DNA of 63,286 bases, the filler included, from Bonamia ostreae (taxonomy: Eukaryota), in assembly GCA_040357525.1 (NCBI GenBank). It is 53 parts of 53 records of this genome, joined end to end, with 100 filler letters (N's around TTAATTAATTAA, not from the genome) between each part and the next. Parts side by side here need not be neighbours in the genome. Positions count along the whole stretch, not along the records: positions 37,167 to 38,261 come from JBDODL010002729.1; positions 38,362 to 39,456 come from JBDODL010002730.1; positions 39,557 to 40,651 come from JBDODL010002731.1; positions 40,752 to 41,846 come from JBDODL010002732.1; positions 41,947 to 43,040 come from JBDODL010002733.1; positions 43,141 to 44,233 come from JBDODL010002734.1; positions 44,334 to 45,426 come from JBDODL010002735.1; positions 45,527 to 46,618 come from JBDODL010002736.1; 45 more parts are not named here. One strand, written 5' to 3'. Numbering within the stretch: the first letter of the stretch is position 1; each line of letters starts with the position of its first letter. Made by a program: the position numbers and the translations under genes. Below the pieces are notes generated by a model. The model was given only the letters and a program-made list of their open reading frames with translations. It searched no databases and had not been told where the DNA came from. Of this stretch, positions 38,222 to 49,959 are shown in pieces.

Positions 38222-38479
38222 AGGGAAGATACAACTTCCTAGATATTCGAGTGCTCAACCCNNNNNNNNNNNNNNNNNNNNNNNNNNNNNNNNNNNNNNN
38301 NNNNNTTAATTAATTAANNNNNNNNNNNNNNNNNNNNNNNNNNNNNNNNNNNNNNNNNNNNGGAGTTTGTGGTACAACTCTAATATAAGAAAATTATGAT
38401 TTTTGTGGAAAATTCAATAGAGACGGTTCTACTTTTCTCGTTCAGTAATCTTCAAAAACAATTTTAGACATCCCATCTT

Positions 38480-38775
38480 ACCGTTGCTTTTCCCCTACGT
38501 ATTTACTCTTAGGAGGGGCTACATGGCTCTTTATTTGAAAAACAAACAGTGATTTCAATATACGTAAGGATGATCGGTGGCAAGTTTGGTATGGAGATAA
38601 GCCCAGTGGTTTTTTTAGAAGCTGAAAATGTTTCATTGACGATAGACACTCATACTATTTTGATCAGAAACGCCCCATTAAACCTTTAGTTCTGATGAGG
38701 TAAATTGTTAAATTGCGCATTACAAACGGAGGACAAATATAAAAATCGCCTGAATAACTCAGGTGACTTAATATC
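38480..38775 (+). repeat. Degraded oyster-type satellite monomer with Helentron-like end motifs
   Basis: GGCTCTTTATTTGAAAAAC...AAGGATG...CAAGTTTGGT...GCCCAGTGGTT...AGAAG resembles the Cg170/HindIII-type monomer, followed by CTCAGGTGA. Recalled similarity only. Confidence 0.5.
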
Positions 38776-38909
38776 GACAGTCATTCTCTTCCTACATATT
38801 CGTTAGAATATGTCCCTATATTCAATTCTATGAAAAGGCATTAACTTTATGAACGATTACATGTAAAAACAAAAATTATAAAGATGATATATTGCATTGA
38901 AAGACTTAC

Positions 38910-39203
38910 GATTTGGAATATCAAAGGATATTGCATTACTGATCCCCTGACCATGTTCATTTTCTACCAAAACTCTATACATTCCTTCATCAGCTTTCTC
39001 CACATCAAAGATGGTAATACTTGGTTTAGCTGGAAGATGTCTTTTTTCCAAATACTTCTGAGGATGTTTGTTTAAAAGCATTTCTTTTCCATCTTTTATC
39101 CATTTCGGAGCTTTCGTTGGGAAGCTAGAAACAACGTCGGCAGAGAGTAACAAAGACCTTCTCTTTTCGTTGAGGGTAACGGACAAAGACACACTTGGTA
39201 CGA
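38910..39203 (-). CDS. Single immunoglobulin I-set exon (host)
   Basis: 294-nt phase 1-1 exon with a GTAAGT donor; KWIKDG and SITIFDVEKADEGMYRVLVENEHG. Confidence 0.85.
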
Positions 39204-41946
39204 CTATTTGAAAATATAGGAATACATGGTTAGGGATACGCTCAATCAAAACGACTGACACACAACTTTTAAGAAATCCAATATAAATGCTACCATAAGA
39301 CACTAGAGAGAAAAGATTAAAATTACAACGTTTGAAAAATTTGAAACCATTATTAATAAAATTGAATTATTGAAATGGTTCTACACAAAAAGAAACAAAA
39401 CCACTTGCAGTCGACTTCAGTGCAACATTTATATAGATCGACGACGTTTTATCTCTNNNNNNNNNNNNNNNNNNNNNNNNNNNNNNNNNNNNNNNNNNNN
39501 TTAATTAATTAANNNNNNNNNNNNNNNNNNNNNNNNNNNNNNNNNNNNNNNNNNNNCAGATTTTGTATCATACCATAAAACTCCTCCAAAAGATATATTT
39601 CTTTACTGTTTTATATATATTTTGATATAAACATTTTGCTAAAACCCATAACGTCAAACGAGGGTGGAATTACTTTAAGCCCCAGAGTTTTGTCCACTAT
39701 TCAGTATACACTACTATTTTATTTGATATGCTAGTGTACGAAATCATAAGACCGGTGTTTGCCGTCATTCATAGACTATCGATTTTAAGCATAATAACCT
39801 CTACTACTACAGCAATGACCGGTTTTGATAGTTCTATGCAAACGTGTCATTTTTCAAATAGTATTATGGCACAACTTCAACTATCAAAGATGTTCTGACT
39901 AAAACATGTTCAACTCAACATTTAACAGCACTACAACATTAGCTATCAACAATCAATGAGAAGTAAATTTGATAATTTTGATTATAATTTTTATGATTCA
40001 TGTTTATGTTAGAAACCCTACATTACGACAAACAATACATATATGAAATATTTATCAACTACACAACGTATAATCTATTTTGAATATATCATAATAAATT
40101 GATTACTAGTACAGTTAATCTTCAAAGTTGCACTGTGTGTCGGACGTCACATTCACTGTAAGAGTTCCTAATGGTGTTGTGTTTCTGATTTCAGATATTT
40201 TGCTGAATTGCATGCTTGACATAGTTCATATGAAGTTTAGCTATTAAAGTCAATTACTATACAGCTACGTCGAGCTTCAGTTTGAATTTCATGACAAATT
40301 CCAGCATATATCTTTCAAATGATAATAAAATAATGCGAGTTAATAATAAATTCACAGTAAACTCTCCCATTCTTTCACTTAAAAGATAACGCCAGACTGC
40401 AGTCTTTGAAATACATTATCTACGTTAAACAACATTTCCCCCTGGTCTTTTGCAGATGCAGATGCGACATGCTTTCTTGGTCTACTAGGAAATGGAAGTG
40501 ATGTCGATGATTCACAGTGCTTATTCTGCTTTATGTAATGTGGACATCTGTAGATACGTCTGCCACGGAGGTCATTGTCACATGGTGACTGAAAGTTTTT
40601 ATATCAGAGATGTATGCTCTAAAATAGAGTGGAAAGTGATAAAGATCTCAGNNNNNNNNNNNNNNNNNNNNNNNNNNNNNNNNNNNNNNNNNNNNTTAAT
40701 TAATTAANNNNNNNNNNNNNNNNNNNNNNNNNNNNNNNNNNNNNNNNNNNNATCGTTGTTGTTTTTTGTGACCATACCATGTATATGACTCATATGTTTA
40801 TGAAATTGAAGTTTGCATGAATGTTAAAAAATATGAATGTTATGCTATTTTGAAATAATTCCATTCTATCAGTTTGTAAATGATTGATCCGCGTTTATTG
40901 CATATCTTTAGATTCAGATGACTTGGGTAATCTTATATCTTCAGACACACTGGAAAATGGAACAACAGATAAGGCGGAACAATCCTCTTCAAAGCCTGCT
41001 TAAGCACCGACCGGTTATATGACGGGAGGTCGAGGTCCGACACATAGAGATTTAAATGGTTGACAATTGCAGTTGTTTGAACTACATGTAAAGTAAATCT
41101 CCGAAATGTGATATCCATTATTTTCTTCATATAATATAAGCATTCAGTTAAATCTGGTCATAGCTGACTCTATATGTCTTTTCGGGCAACTACCCTTGCA
41201 AGTTTCTGTTTACATTAGTTTGTTTTCTCAACTTGACATTATTAGGATTAATCTTTCAATATCGAACATAGATGATGTGTTTTGGTTGTTACTCATGCGC
41301 CATACCTTGTGTATTTCCAATCGTTGTATTGTACAATGCATGCTTCGTTTTTGTTGCGTAGGTCAATTTCAATTTCCAAAGACAAAATATGATTGCCAAT
41401 TTAATTTCTTACAATTTTGTATGTTATTTCACTACAAACTGGCACTTTCTTAATCAAAGCCCAATGAAACTCTCGTTCGTTTACATAGTCATGCATAATA
41501 CTATTGGGTAATTTGGTCATGCAACATCGTGATACAACTGGCAACAACTATAGATTGCATACATTTCTTTGACACACCTTGAAATATGTGTTGTGTTTTT
41601 GTATCACGTATAGTTCAAGGTCGTAATCTTTTAATTAAATTCTATCAGAAGAGACATATAATGTATATAGATATAGTAGTGATTCATTAGAAATGTGTCC
41701 TGCGTTGCACCATAACATATATATTTCTGTATTTTAAATAAACTCATAAAAACTCAATACGATCTAAAACAGACTGCATTATGCACATTGTTCGTTGTTT
41801 TTGGGGTTTTTTCTTTCTATGTCCTGCTTATGCCGTTTTAAATACTNNNNNNNNNNNNNNNNNNNNNNNNNNNNNNNNNNNNNNNNNNNNTTAATTAATT
41901 AANNNNNNNNNNNNNNNNNNNNNNNNNNNNNNNNNNNNNNNNNNNN

Positions 41947-42150
41947 TTATTGATTTTTTATTTGATCTATTTTTATTTAATGATTTTTTATTTATTGATT
42001 TTTTATTTGATCGCTTTTTATTTATTGATTTTTTATTTGATCTATTTTTATTTAATGATTTTTTATTTATTGATTTCTTATTTGATCGCTTTTTATTTAA
42101 TGATTTTTTTGATCGCTTTTTATTTAATGATTTTTTATTCGATCGCTTTT
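41947..42150. repeat. About 15-bp AT-rich minisatellite in the intron upstream of the PIWI exon
   Basis: Variants of TTTTATTTGATCKMT and TTTTATTTAWTGATT; explains the spurious MIFYL-repeat ORF. Confidence 0.9.
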
Positions 42151-42176
42151 AATTCGATTATTAATATTAAAAAAAG

Positions 42177-43001
42177 TCTTCTATAATCCATGTCATCCTT
42201 CAGCGCGCTACAAATCAAGCCGGATTAGTAAAAATAGGAAGAAGCTATTACGAGAAAGAAATGATGAACGAAGACGAATTTTTGCTGAAAGATTACAACA
42301 TCCGCCTGTTTCGCGGATACAGCATGAACATCGAACAGACCATGAAAGGGCTCCAGCTCACCGTCGATCTTTCCCACAGAGTTGTGTCGACCATCAACGC
42401 TTCCGATCTGATCGACTCCTTCGACAAAAACTTGAAGCCGCTCCCGCCAGGCGGAATGACCAAAGGTGCTCCCGTCAAACAACACAAAGGGGAAGTTCTG
42501 AGGGGGTACCACCGAGGAGTGCCCACCATGAACAAGGCCTTCGCGGCGAACCAGATGTTCGACGACAGAGACAAGGAGAACACCCCCGAGATCCAGCGCA
42601 GAGCAGAGGAAGAGCTCGTGGGACGCTCCGTGATCACGACGTACAGACTGCGCAATTGGCGCATCGACGCGATCGAGTGGGACAAGAACATCGACAGCAC
42701 TTTTTCGTGGAAGAAGAAAAGCGGCGAAACGGTCAAGATCTCGTTCAGAGACTACTTCTACACCAATTACCGCCTAAAACTGGTAAGCAAACGCTTCGGA
42801 ATGTTGGTGAGCATGCCGAAGTCGAGACGCGGGAAAGGGCCAGACAAGTTTTATCTCCCGCCGGAAGCTTGTTATTTGACCGGGATGTCCAAAAAGATGA
42901 AAGCGGATTTCAGGATGATGAAGAGAGTGAGAGACATCGTCTCGCTCACGCCCCCGAAGCGCTTCGAGGCCATCGAGAACATCACCAGAGATCTCAGCAA
43001 A
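42177..43001 (+). CDS. PIWI-clade Argonaute, internal exon covering the end of N, L1, PAZ and the start of L2
   Basis: LVKIGRSYY, IRLFRGY...GLQLTVDLSHRVV, LVGRSVITTY..NWRIDAIEWDKNIDSTF, ISFRDYF...Y and YLPPEACYLTGMSKKMKADFRMMK. AAG acceptor at 42176 and GTTTTT donor at 43002. Confidence 0.9.
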
Positions 43002-44971
43002 GTTTTTTGATAGAATTTTTGTCATTATTTATTGAACGAANNNNNNNNNNNNNNNNNNNNNNNNNNNNNNNNNNNNNNNNNNNNTTAATTAATTAANNNN
43101 NNNNNNNNNNNNNNNNNNNNNNNNNNNNNNNNNNNNNNNNATACTTCAAATAGTCTAGACACTATGAAAATCATTCATGTTTGACCATACAAACAGTTAA
43201 TTTAAACTGCTGATTTTTAACACGTGCAAGTTCAAATTCCTTTAGAGGAGAGCAAAATAAACACTTGACCTCGAATATTGTGGCATTGCGAGGCTTCAGT
43301 ATCGGATTTTGGGAATTCAGTAATACAAAATTATGGAATAAGAAAATGCACAATTGAGAGTGCACAGTTATACACTTTGCATGAATGGAACTTAGTGTAA
43401 AATGATGACAATGGACAGCGGAGTGCTGATGTAGTTTGTTGTTATTTATTTGTTTTTCTTTGATACACCTGTTGAGGGGAAAACAGCATGGATATAAAAT
43501 CAATCAGATCCTCAACTAATGCTTCGTTTCTGCTGTGCTGCCTTTAAAAATAAGCAGCATTTTATACATAATGACCGACTAGAGCTACACGGAGGTCACA
43601 TGAATGTGGGTTATCACCATTATAGTTTAAATGTCGTTTTTAAAAAAAATATTTTACTCCATAAATAGAATTGTAACATAGGATCAGCTTGATAATTCCT
43701 GATTCAATCCTTGAATCTGTGTATCCACTTCACTATTCACATATTTGTTTTAATTGATCCCGAGATAGATTTACTAGCATTATGTAAATCTATGTCACAA
43801 CCTTTACATCACGTTTTGCCTGTCTAGTAGTCATATCGGTATCGCTCATGCAACATGTTGTCAAGCACAAAAAGTAAATTGATATAATACCCGACTCTCC
43901 AATAATAAGGTGGAAAAACGAGTTATAGTTGAGTTAATTGTGACTTCATTCACTCCAAACTACAACGTTCACTGCCAACATTTTACACAAAGCCGTTTTC
44001 GGCTATATATCCCGTAGTGCTGAATATTCGGTGTTGATTACATGTATTTCGTAACTATTTCCGGGGAATCATTTAACTGTACATTCAGAGACACAACATT
44101 TGTGATATATGGAACATTTCAAAAAAGGTAAAATCTTGAAGCATTTTCCTATAATGGCAGTTCTGTGCTGTAATAAATGTCAAATGACAGTTTAGATAAA
44201 CTCAGACTCTATATTGAACGGTTTGTTGAATGTNNNNNNNNNNNNNNNNNNNNNNNNNNNNNNNNNNNNNNNNNNNNTTAATTAATTAANNNNNNNNNNN
44301 NNNNNNNNNNNNNNNNNNNNNNNNNNNNNNNNNTCACTTGAAGATATATATCTCAGTAGATCAGGGTTATCCGTTTCTATCACGGATGCGAGTCCTCGGG
44401 AATGCACAGGTAGTGTACCCTTGCACTTTACATGAACTTTGGTAGAAGCGGTGGAATACTCTAATTTGCACGCGATGGAGGACATTGAAAAAGAGATATC
44501 ACTCATAGAGTAAAAGCTTGAAGAACTGAGAGAGCACAGTGATGAGGGAGAGTTTCCAGGCTTCAACACCTGTGAACCCGAGTGGCAAAACTGCTCCAGA
44601 CAGAGACTCAGTTGTGACAACACGCATATCAACAGAAGTCTGCCAGTCTACGATGGTAGATAATCCGCAGAATTGCGAGGAGATGCCAAAACCAATATAA
44701 GATGACGATAATCGGAATTTAGCAGATAGCGCAAGGGTCAGATTACGCATGGAGAGCGCACAGGAATCATTGGCTGTCAATGCCTTCCACACGCCTCTTA
44801 TGATAGATTCCTATTTTACAGAAGGCGCAAGATACAAACCGACTGTTACGGCGGGTAATGAAGATTCTCTTTTACCGGAAATAACGCGGAAACGCAGATA
44901 TCACAAAGTAAGATTATCTAGTCCAGAGAGCCAAGTGAATGCGCACATGGGGAATCATTCTATCCCGAATC

Positions 44972-45426
44972 AAATAAAAAAACAAACCACATATGATGGA
45001 AGGGGTTCTTGGTTAGATTGACATGCCCATTTCGAACCTTGCGCTGAAATAAATGGCCGGAACGATGCTTGTATATTGCAGTATCACTTAGAGGTAATGT
45101 GCAAGGAGTCCTAAGAAACTTGCCGAAGGGTGCAAATCAAAATTACAGGGCCCCAATGCGTGCGCTAGAAGAGAGATCTGCAACCCCAAGCAATACAGAA
45201 TTGTATTGCGTCCAGATGCGAAAGTGACGGCAAAAAACTGGAGAAACCCTTCCAAAACTTGTAAAAGCTATCAAAAGTCTGAATTTTTTCATTTCCAACA
45301 GACTCTAGCTAAATTGATATACTATGTGAAAATACCAATTTGTTGAGTCACTTGCGAACTCGGAAATGCGATTTCGAATTTTGGAATAGGGGTCGATTAA
45401 TTTTTTAGTAGCAATCCAATTTGCTG
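44972..45426 (+). mobile_element. Decayed Ty3/Gypsy gag
   Basis: TTYDGRGSWLD*HAHFEPCAEING, AVSLRGNVQGVL..L, ALEERSATPSNTELY..Q...RQKTGETLPKL and QFVESLANSEMRFRI, with stops and frameshifts. Confidence 0.85.
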
Positions 45427-45526
45427 NNNNNNNNNNNNNNNNNNNNNNNNNNNNNNNNNNNNNNNNNNNNTTAATTAATTAANNNNNNNNNNNNNNNNNN
45501 NNNNNNNNNNNNNNNNNNNNNNNNNN

Positions 45527-46590
45527 CTGAAACCTGCTTAGGATATAGGTAGAGCCACGGAAATCATTGCCGAGCAAGCCGATGAATTCAAGGATAGTGA
45601 TGGGAACCTGAGTTATACTTTAAATGCAATTAGAGTAAATAAGAAAACTCAACTACACACCAAGACGGGTGGTTTACAGAAATCACACGCTTCCGTTGTG
45701 GGTGTAAAACCCACGTGGGTAATGATTGTACAATAACAAAAAACAAAACATGTTACAAAGAAAGACAGTTCGCGAAAATGTGCAAGGAAAACCAGGTAAG
45801 GACTACGATCATAAATACATTCAAGCAGTGGGACTGTTCCACATCGGAACATGACTTTGTATCCACTATTAATGATAAGAATACTAATGTACTTTATAAA
45901 ACCTTAAGTAGGGGGAGCATCAGTGAAAGTATAGATTGACTTGGGTGCTAGGTATAACATTCTAAAGAAGAAGATATCTGAGTGCCAACAAAATCTTAAT
46001 GAAGTTTTCAGAGAGTTCAAGAAGATTATTTCCTTACAGATTAAAGGACCCATGAAAGATGGAAAAGACATTAAACACAGATAAAGAACATGGACCATGT
46101 AAAAAAGAAATGCCGAGTTAGCAGTAGTTCAAGGTGATAACATTCCACTGCTCGTCAAACATACTGCGGTCTTTCGTGGAGTCTTGCTTCTTTGTACTGA
46201 GGTGTAGACAATATTTCCTCCATTACTGCCGAAATTGACAATTGTTGGGCAGAGGAAAAGTGTATGCGATGAAATAGGAAAGCTAAAAATCGCTTTAAAA
46301 TCCATGTTGATGACACCATAATACCTATAGCTCAACCGCTGAGGCGCTTATCATTCAACGCCAGAAAATCAGTGCGCAAGTACATGAACGAGCTAGAGGG
46401 AAAGGACATAATCGAGAAGGGGAATGAATCCTTATCTTTTATGTTACAGTTAGTTATAGTTCAAAAGCGAGATGGTGAAATTCGAATTTGTGTTGACTCT
46501 GTCGAGATGCTTCGCGCCATTACCGCTGTAAAACGAGAACACCATCCGGTCTCTACAATGAAGATGCTAGAAGATATGCTTTTATATAAT
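45527..46590 (+). mobile_element. Decayed Ty3/Gypsy gag-pol (knuckle, protease, start of reverse transcriptase)
   Basis: IDLGARYNIL (protease-like) and LKIHVDDTIIPIAQPLRRLSF...ELEGKDIIEK...LVIVQKRDGEIRICVD...AVKREHHPVST; many disablements. Confidence 0.85.
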
Positions 46591-46718
46591 GCTTTATTTC
46601 TGCGCTATATGTATTGAANNNNNNNNNNNNNNNNNNNNNNNNNNNNNNNNNNNNNNNNNNNNTTAATTAATTAANNNNNNNNNNNNNNNNNNNNNNNNNN
46701 NNNNNNNNNNNNNNNNNN

Positions 46719-47810
46719 TGCGTTTGATAAAATTTTTTGTTGAATAAAAATTTTTTTATCAAAAAAGTGACTGCGAGTGATAAAACGAAACTAATGTACC
46801 AAACCTGTTTAAAGGCGACAAAAAATAGCAACAATAGTGAAGGATTGCTAAAACTATCCAGTTCAATCTCAGAAACACTAAAATCAGTCAACACTAAAAA
46901 TAGCGATGATCCGATTTGTGCAAAAAAATCAGTTTGCAAACATTTTTCCAAAGCTTTGGCGGATTTACATTTAAGATCCGAAAAAACTTTATTTTCTTCA
47001 AGGTTAAAAAACTTTTACAAATTGGAAAAGTTAATTGCAACTTTCAAATTTGAACGCTAAAACTTAAATTTGAAGAATATTGGATTTTGTGAGAACAGGA
47101 AAATATAAACAAGAAAAGGTATTATCGTTAATGCAACCAAAATTTGTTGGCGGTTACAGACAAAGCGAAAAAACAAAAAACTGCCATTTAGAAGAGGACG
47201 AAATTGATTTTGACGACATTGTTTATGATGATAAAGACGATCACGATAAAAAATCTTTTTCGAGATTTCACAGAATCGCAGAATTAGTTAATAAAAATTT
47301 AATGTTAAAAACAAAAAAGACACAAAAAAGAGTATCGAATAGCGACTTAAAAAAGTTGGTAAAATTTGAGAAATCGCTGGACAAATATAGAGTTGACCCG
47401 AATGATATAGGAAAAAACATGAAAATGCTCGAAGGAAATTCAAAATTCTATTCGGTCGCCAAATTGAATTCCCATTTTGGCAAAATTTTAGATTTTAATA
47501 ATTATTTGAAGCAATTGTTTGGAAAGAAATCTTCCGATTTTGATGGTAAAAATGTAATGGTCATTTGTCCGACTTATTTTTCGGCTCTAAATAAGATCTT
47601 AGCCGAAGAAAGTGGCAGAATAGTAAAATTATATGCGAAAATGAGTGCTTTTGTTAGTTTTAACAGCAAATTTCCGGCTGTTTTGAGCAAAAAGGACCAA
47701 AAGCTTTTTGGGTTGAAAAACTTATTTGATTGTGCTTATTTAACCGAAGCTGCTTTGCCTCATTCAGCAAACAAAATGTTTCTAAATGGAATTGAATTGG
47801 ATAATAAAGT
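46719..47810 (+). CDS. Peptidase M13 (neprilysin/ECE-like) N-terminal domain, partial (protist)
   Basis: KTKLMYQTCL, LVKFEKSL, YSVAKL...LDFNNYLKQLF, VMVICPTYFSALNKILAEE...VKLY and DCAYLTEAALP occur in M13 N-domain order. Intron 47003-47075. The HExxH motif lies outside the contig. Confidence 0.7.
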
Positions 47811-47932
47811 NNNNNNNNNNNNNNNNNNNNNNNNNNNNNNNNNNNNNNNNNNNNTTAATTAATTAANNNNNNNNNNNNNNNNNNNNNNNNNNNNNNNNNN
47901 NNNNNNNNNNTAACAAAACTCCAAAAAACAAG

Positions 47933-48659
47933 GCAATTTGTTGCAATGCTTCGTCGTTCTTCCTCTGATTTATTTTTCTTTCGTGAGGAAAAATCCGTAC
48001 AAGTACATAAGTCATTACTTTTCTGCTGTGATCACCGCTTTCTCTACTTCGAGCAGCGCTGCTGCTTTACCCTTAAATATTCAGTTTTTACTGTTACATC
48101 GAACACAAAATATTGTCACCTTAAATATTCAATGTCGAAATCACTTCAAAATATTGTCACCTTTAAAGGGGAGCGTACAAAAGTGGCATAGACAAAAATA
48201 TTGCAAATTTCGTGTTGTCGTTAGGAGCAACTTTGAATATGAACGGATCCAGTCTTTATTATCCGATAACAATTATCTTCATATCGTTTATGTACAAGAA
48301 ATCAATCGATTGGGGAACGCAATTTCTGATGTGCTTCATTACTGCTTTCGTGACAGTCGGAAATGCGCCTGTAATTAAGTTGTAACATTAAAGATTCCCT
48401 CTGGATCATTTGTCTATCTTTTGCTGGTTGGCAATGCCGTCGGAATACATTTGCCGGCGGAAGCTGTGTCTCTTATTTTTGCTGTCGATCCGATCATGGA
48501 TCGCATAATAACAGTTAATTTTGTGTAAAATCGATTAATTTTGACGTTTTTCTGTAAAAGGCAACAAATGTCTGTGGAGATTCGTTTGCCGTCGCAATTA
48601 TCGAAGTTTTGAACAAACGTTTAAACAAAAGAAGGAAAGTTAAAGGTAAACAAAATTAA
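47933..48659 (+). CDS. SLC1/DAACS dicarboxylate-amino acid:cation symporter, C-terminal half (protist)
   Basis: TAFSTSSSAAALP, FVLSLGATLNMNGSSLY, GNAPIPSG and AVDPIMDRIITATNVCGD. Introns 48084-48168, 48371-48393 and 48514-48560. Confidence 0.93.
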
Positions 48660-48749
48660 AAAAAAAGAAAATGTTGAGAACAATGAAAAATCTTCAACGG
48701 AAAAACCAGAAAATTGAGAAGAATTAAATGATGTAAAAAATTTGTAAAT

Positions 48750-49002
48750 TTAATCATTTCCAAAATAATTGTTGTCATCAGAGATTGAAAAACGTTTTTT
48801 TGTGAATCGCTTTTCGTTTTTATTCTGTTTATTAGAATGTTCAAAAAATGGAAAAATAAACTTCAAAATCGTCATTATTTTCAAAGCAATCAACTTTGGA
48901 GTCGTAAACAAGCAAATTTAGAATTAGTAGAATGTCTTCCGGACTGAAATTTTCCATTTTTCGTTCTTTGAAATATTCAATTGTTTCTTCCAATGTCGAT
49001 CC
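48750..49002 (-). CDS. RPC34: RNA polymerase III subunit C34/RPC6, C-terminus (protist)
   Basis: STLEETIEYFKERKMENFSPEDILLILNLLVYDSKVD matches the third winged helix (EDIxxILxxLIYDGKVE). 37-nt intron at 48825-48861; convergent with the SLC1 gene. Confidence 0.7.
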
Positions 49003-49205
49003 NNNNNNNNNNNNNNNNNNNNNNNNNNNNNNNNNNNNNNNNNNNNTTAATTAATTAANNNNNNNNNNNNNNNNNNNNNNNNNNNNNNNNNNNNNNNNNN
49101 NNAAATCATCAAAATTTCATTTCTAAACTAAAAAACTTTGAAAAATATTGAAAATTTTCGACTATAAAAACTTCAAAAAATCAAAAAATCATCAAAATTT
49201 CATTT

Positions 49206-49955
49206 CTAAACAAGTTCCGACTGCCACTTTTTCAGTTTACTCTCCAATTCCACCGCTTTTTCTCCGTTCGAAAACATCAAAACATATTTTTTCACTTTAT
49301 TGATGCCATGCGAAATCTCCACTTTCCTTTCTCTCCGCTCAAACGACACTTCTTTTACAAATTTTAGCAAAACTTTTCCACTCGAAAAACGCCACGTTCG
49401 CCGGAAACACTTCTTTCTTAAAATTCAGTTCGTCCTTTACACACAAAAACTTGTTTGAGCCCACTACGACAAGGATTTTAATGTTGCCATCTTTCGAGAT
49501 CGGGTCCAAAGCGAAAAAATAGTCGACAAAGTTTAATCCGACATGTCTTCCGCCCTGTGATTTTCTAAGAATGTCTGTTATCTGCGCCTCGTCAGCGTTA
49601 TAACTTTTTATGCTCTTTTCTTCGCCGTAGAACATTCTCGGAAATCGTGTCGGTCGCAGTCGCTATTTTTTGAAGTTTGGAAATGTGACAATTTTTAAAA
49701 TGAAGTGTTTTTGTCGTTGTAACAATGAACCTGTTCGATGGCCGGGAGTGTGTCTGAAATGGATGTGGAGAACGTGGAAATGGCATCTGCCATTCCAGAA
49801 AGCGGTTTTGCGACAAAGCCGATCGCTCCTTTCGCTGCGCCTTTGAAAATGCCTTTCGAACCGGACTCTTTAATTTCGCTCAATGGCATTGTCACTATTC
49901 CTGTTACACCCGAAGCGACGCTTTTTCCGAATCTACTTGCGCCGCAGTACAATCC
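49206..49955 (-). CDS. VPS13: VPS13-family lipid-transfer protein, C-terminus (protist)
   Basis: SVASGVTGIVTMPL...GIFKGAAKGAIGFVAKPLSGMADAIS and RFPRMFYGEEKSIKSYNADEA. Introns 49663-49730 and 49352-49373. Confidence 0.88.
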
Positions 49956-49959
49956 CTTT

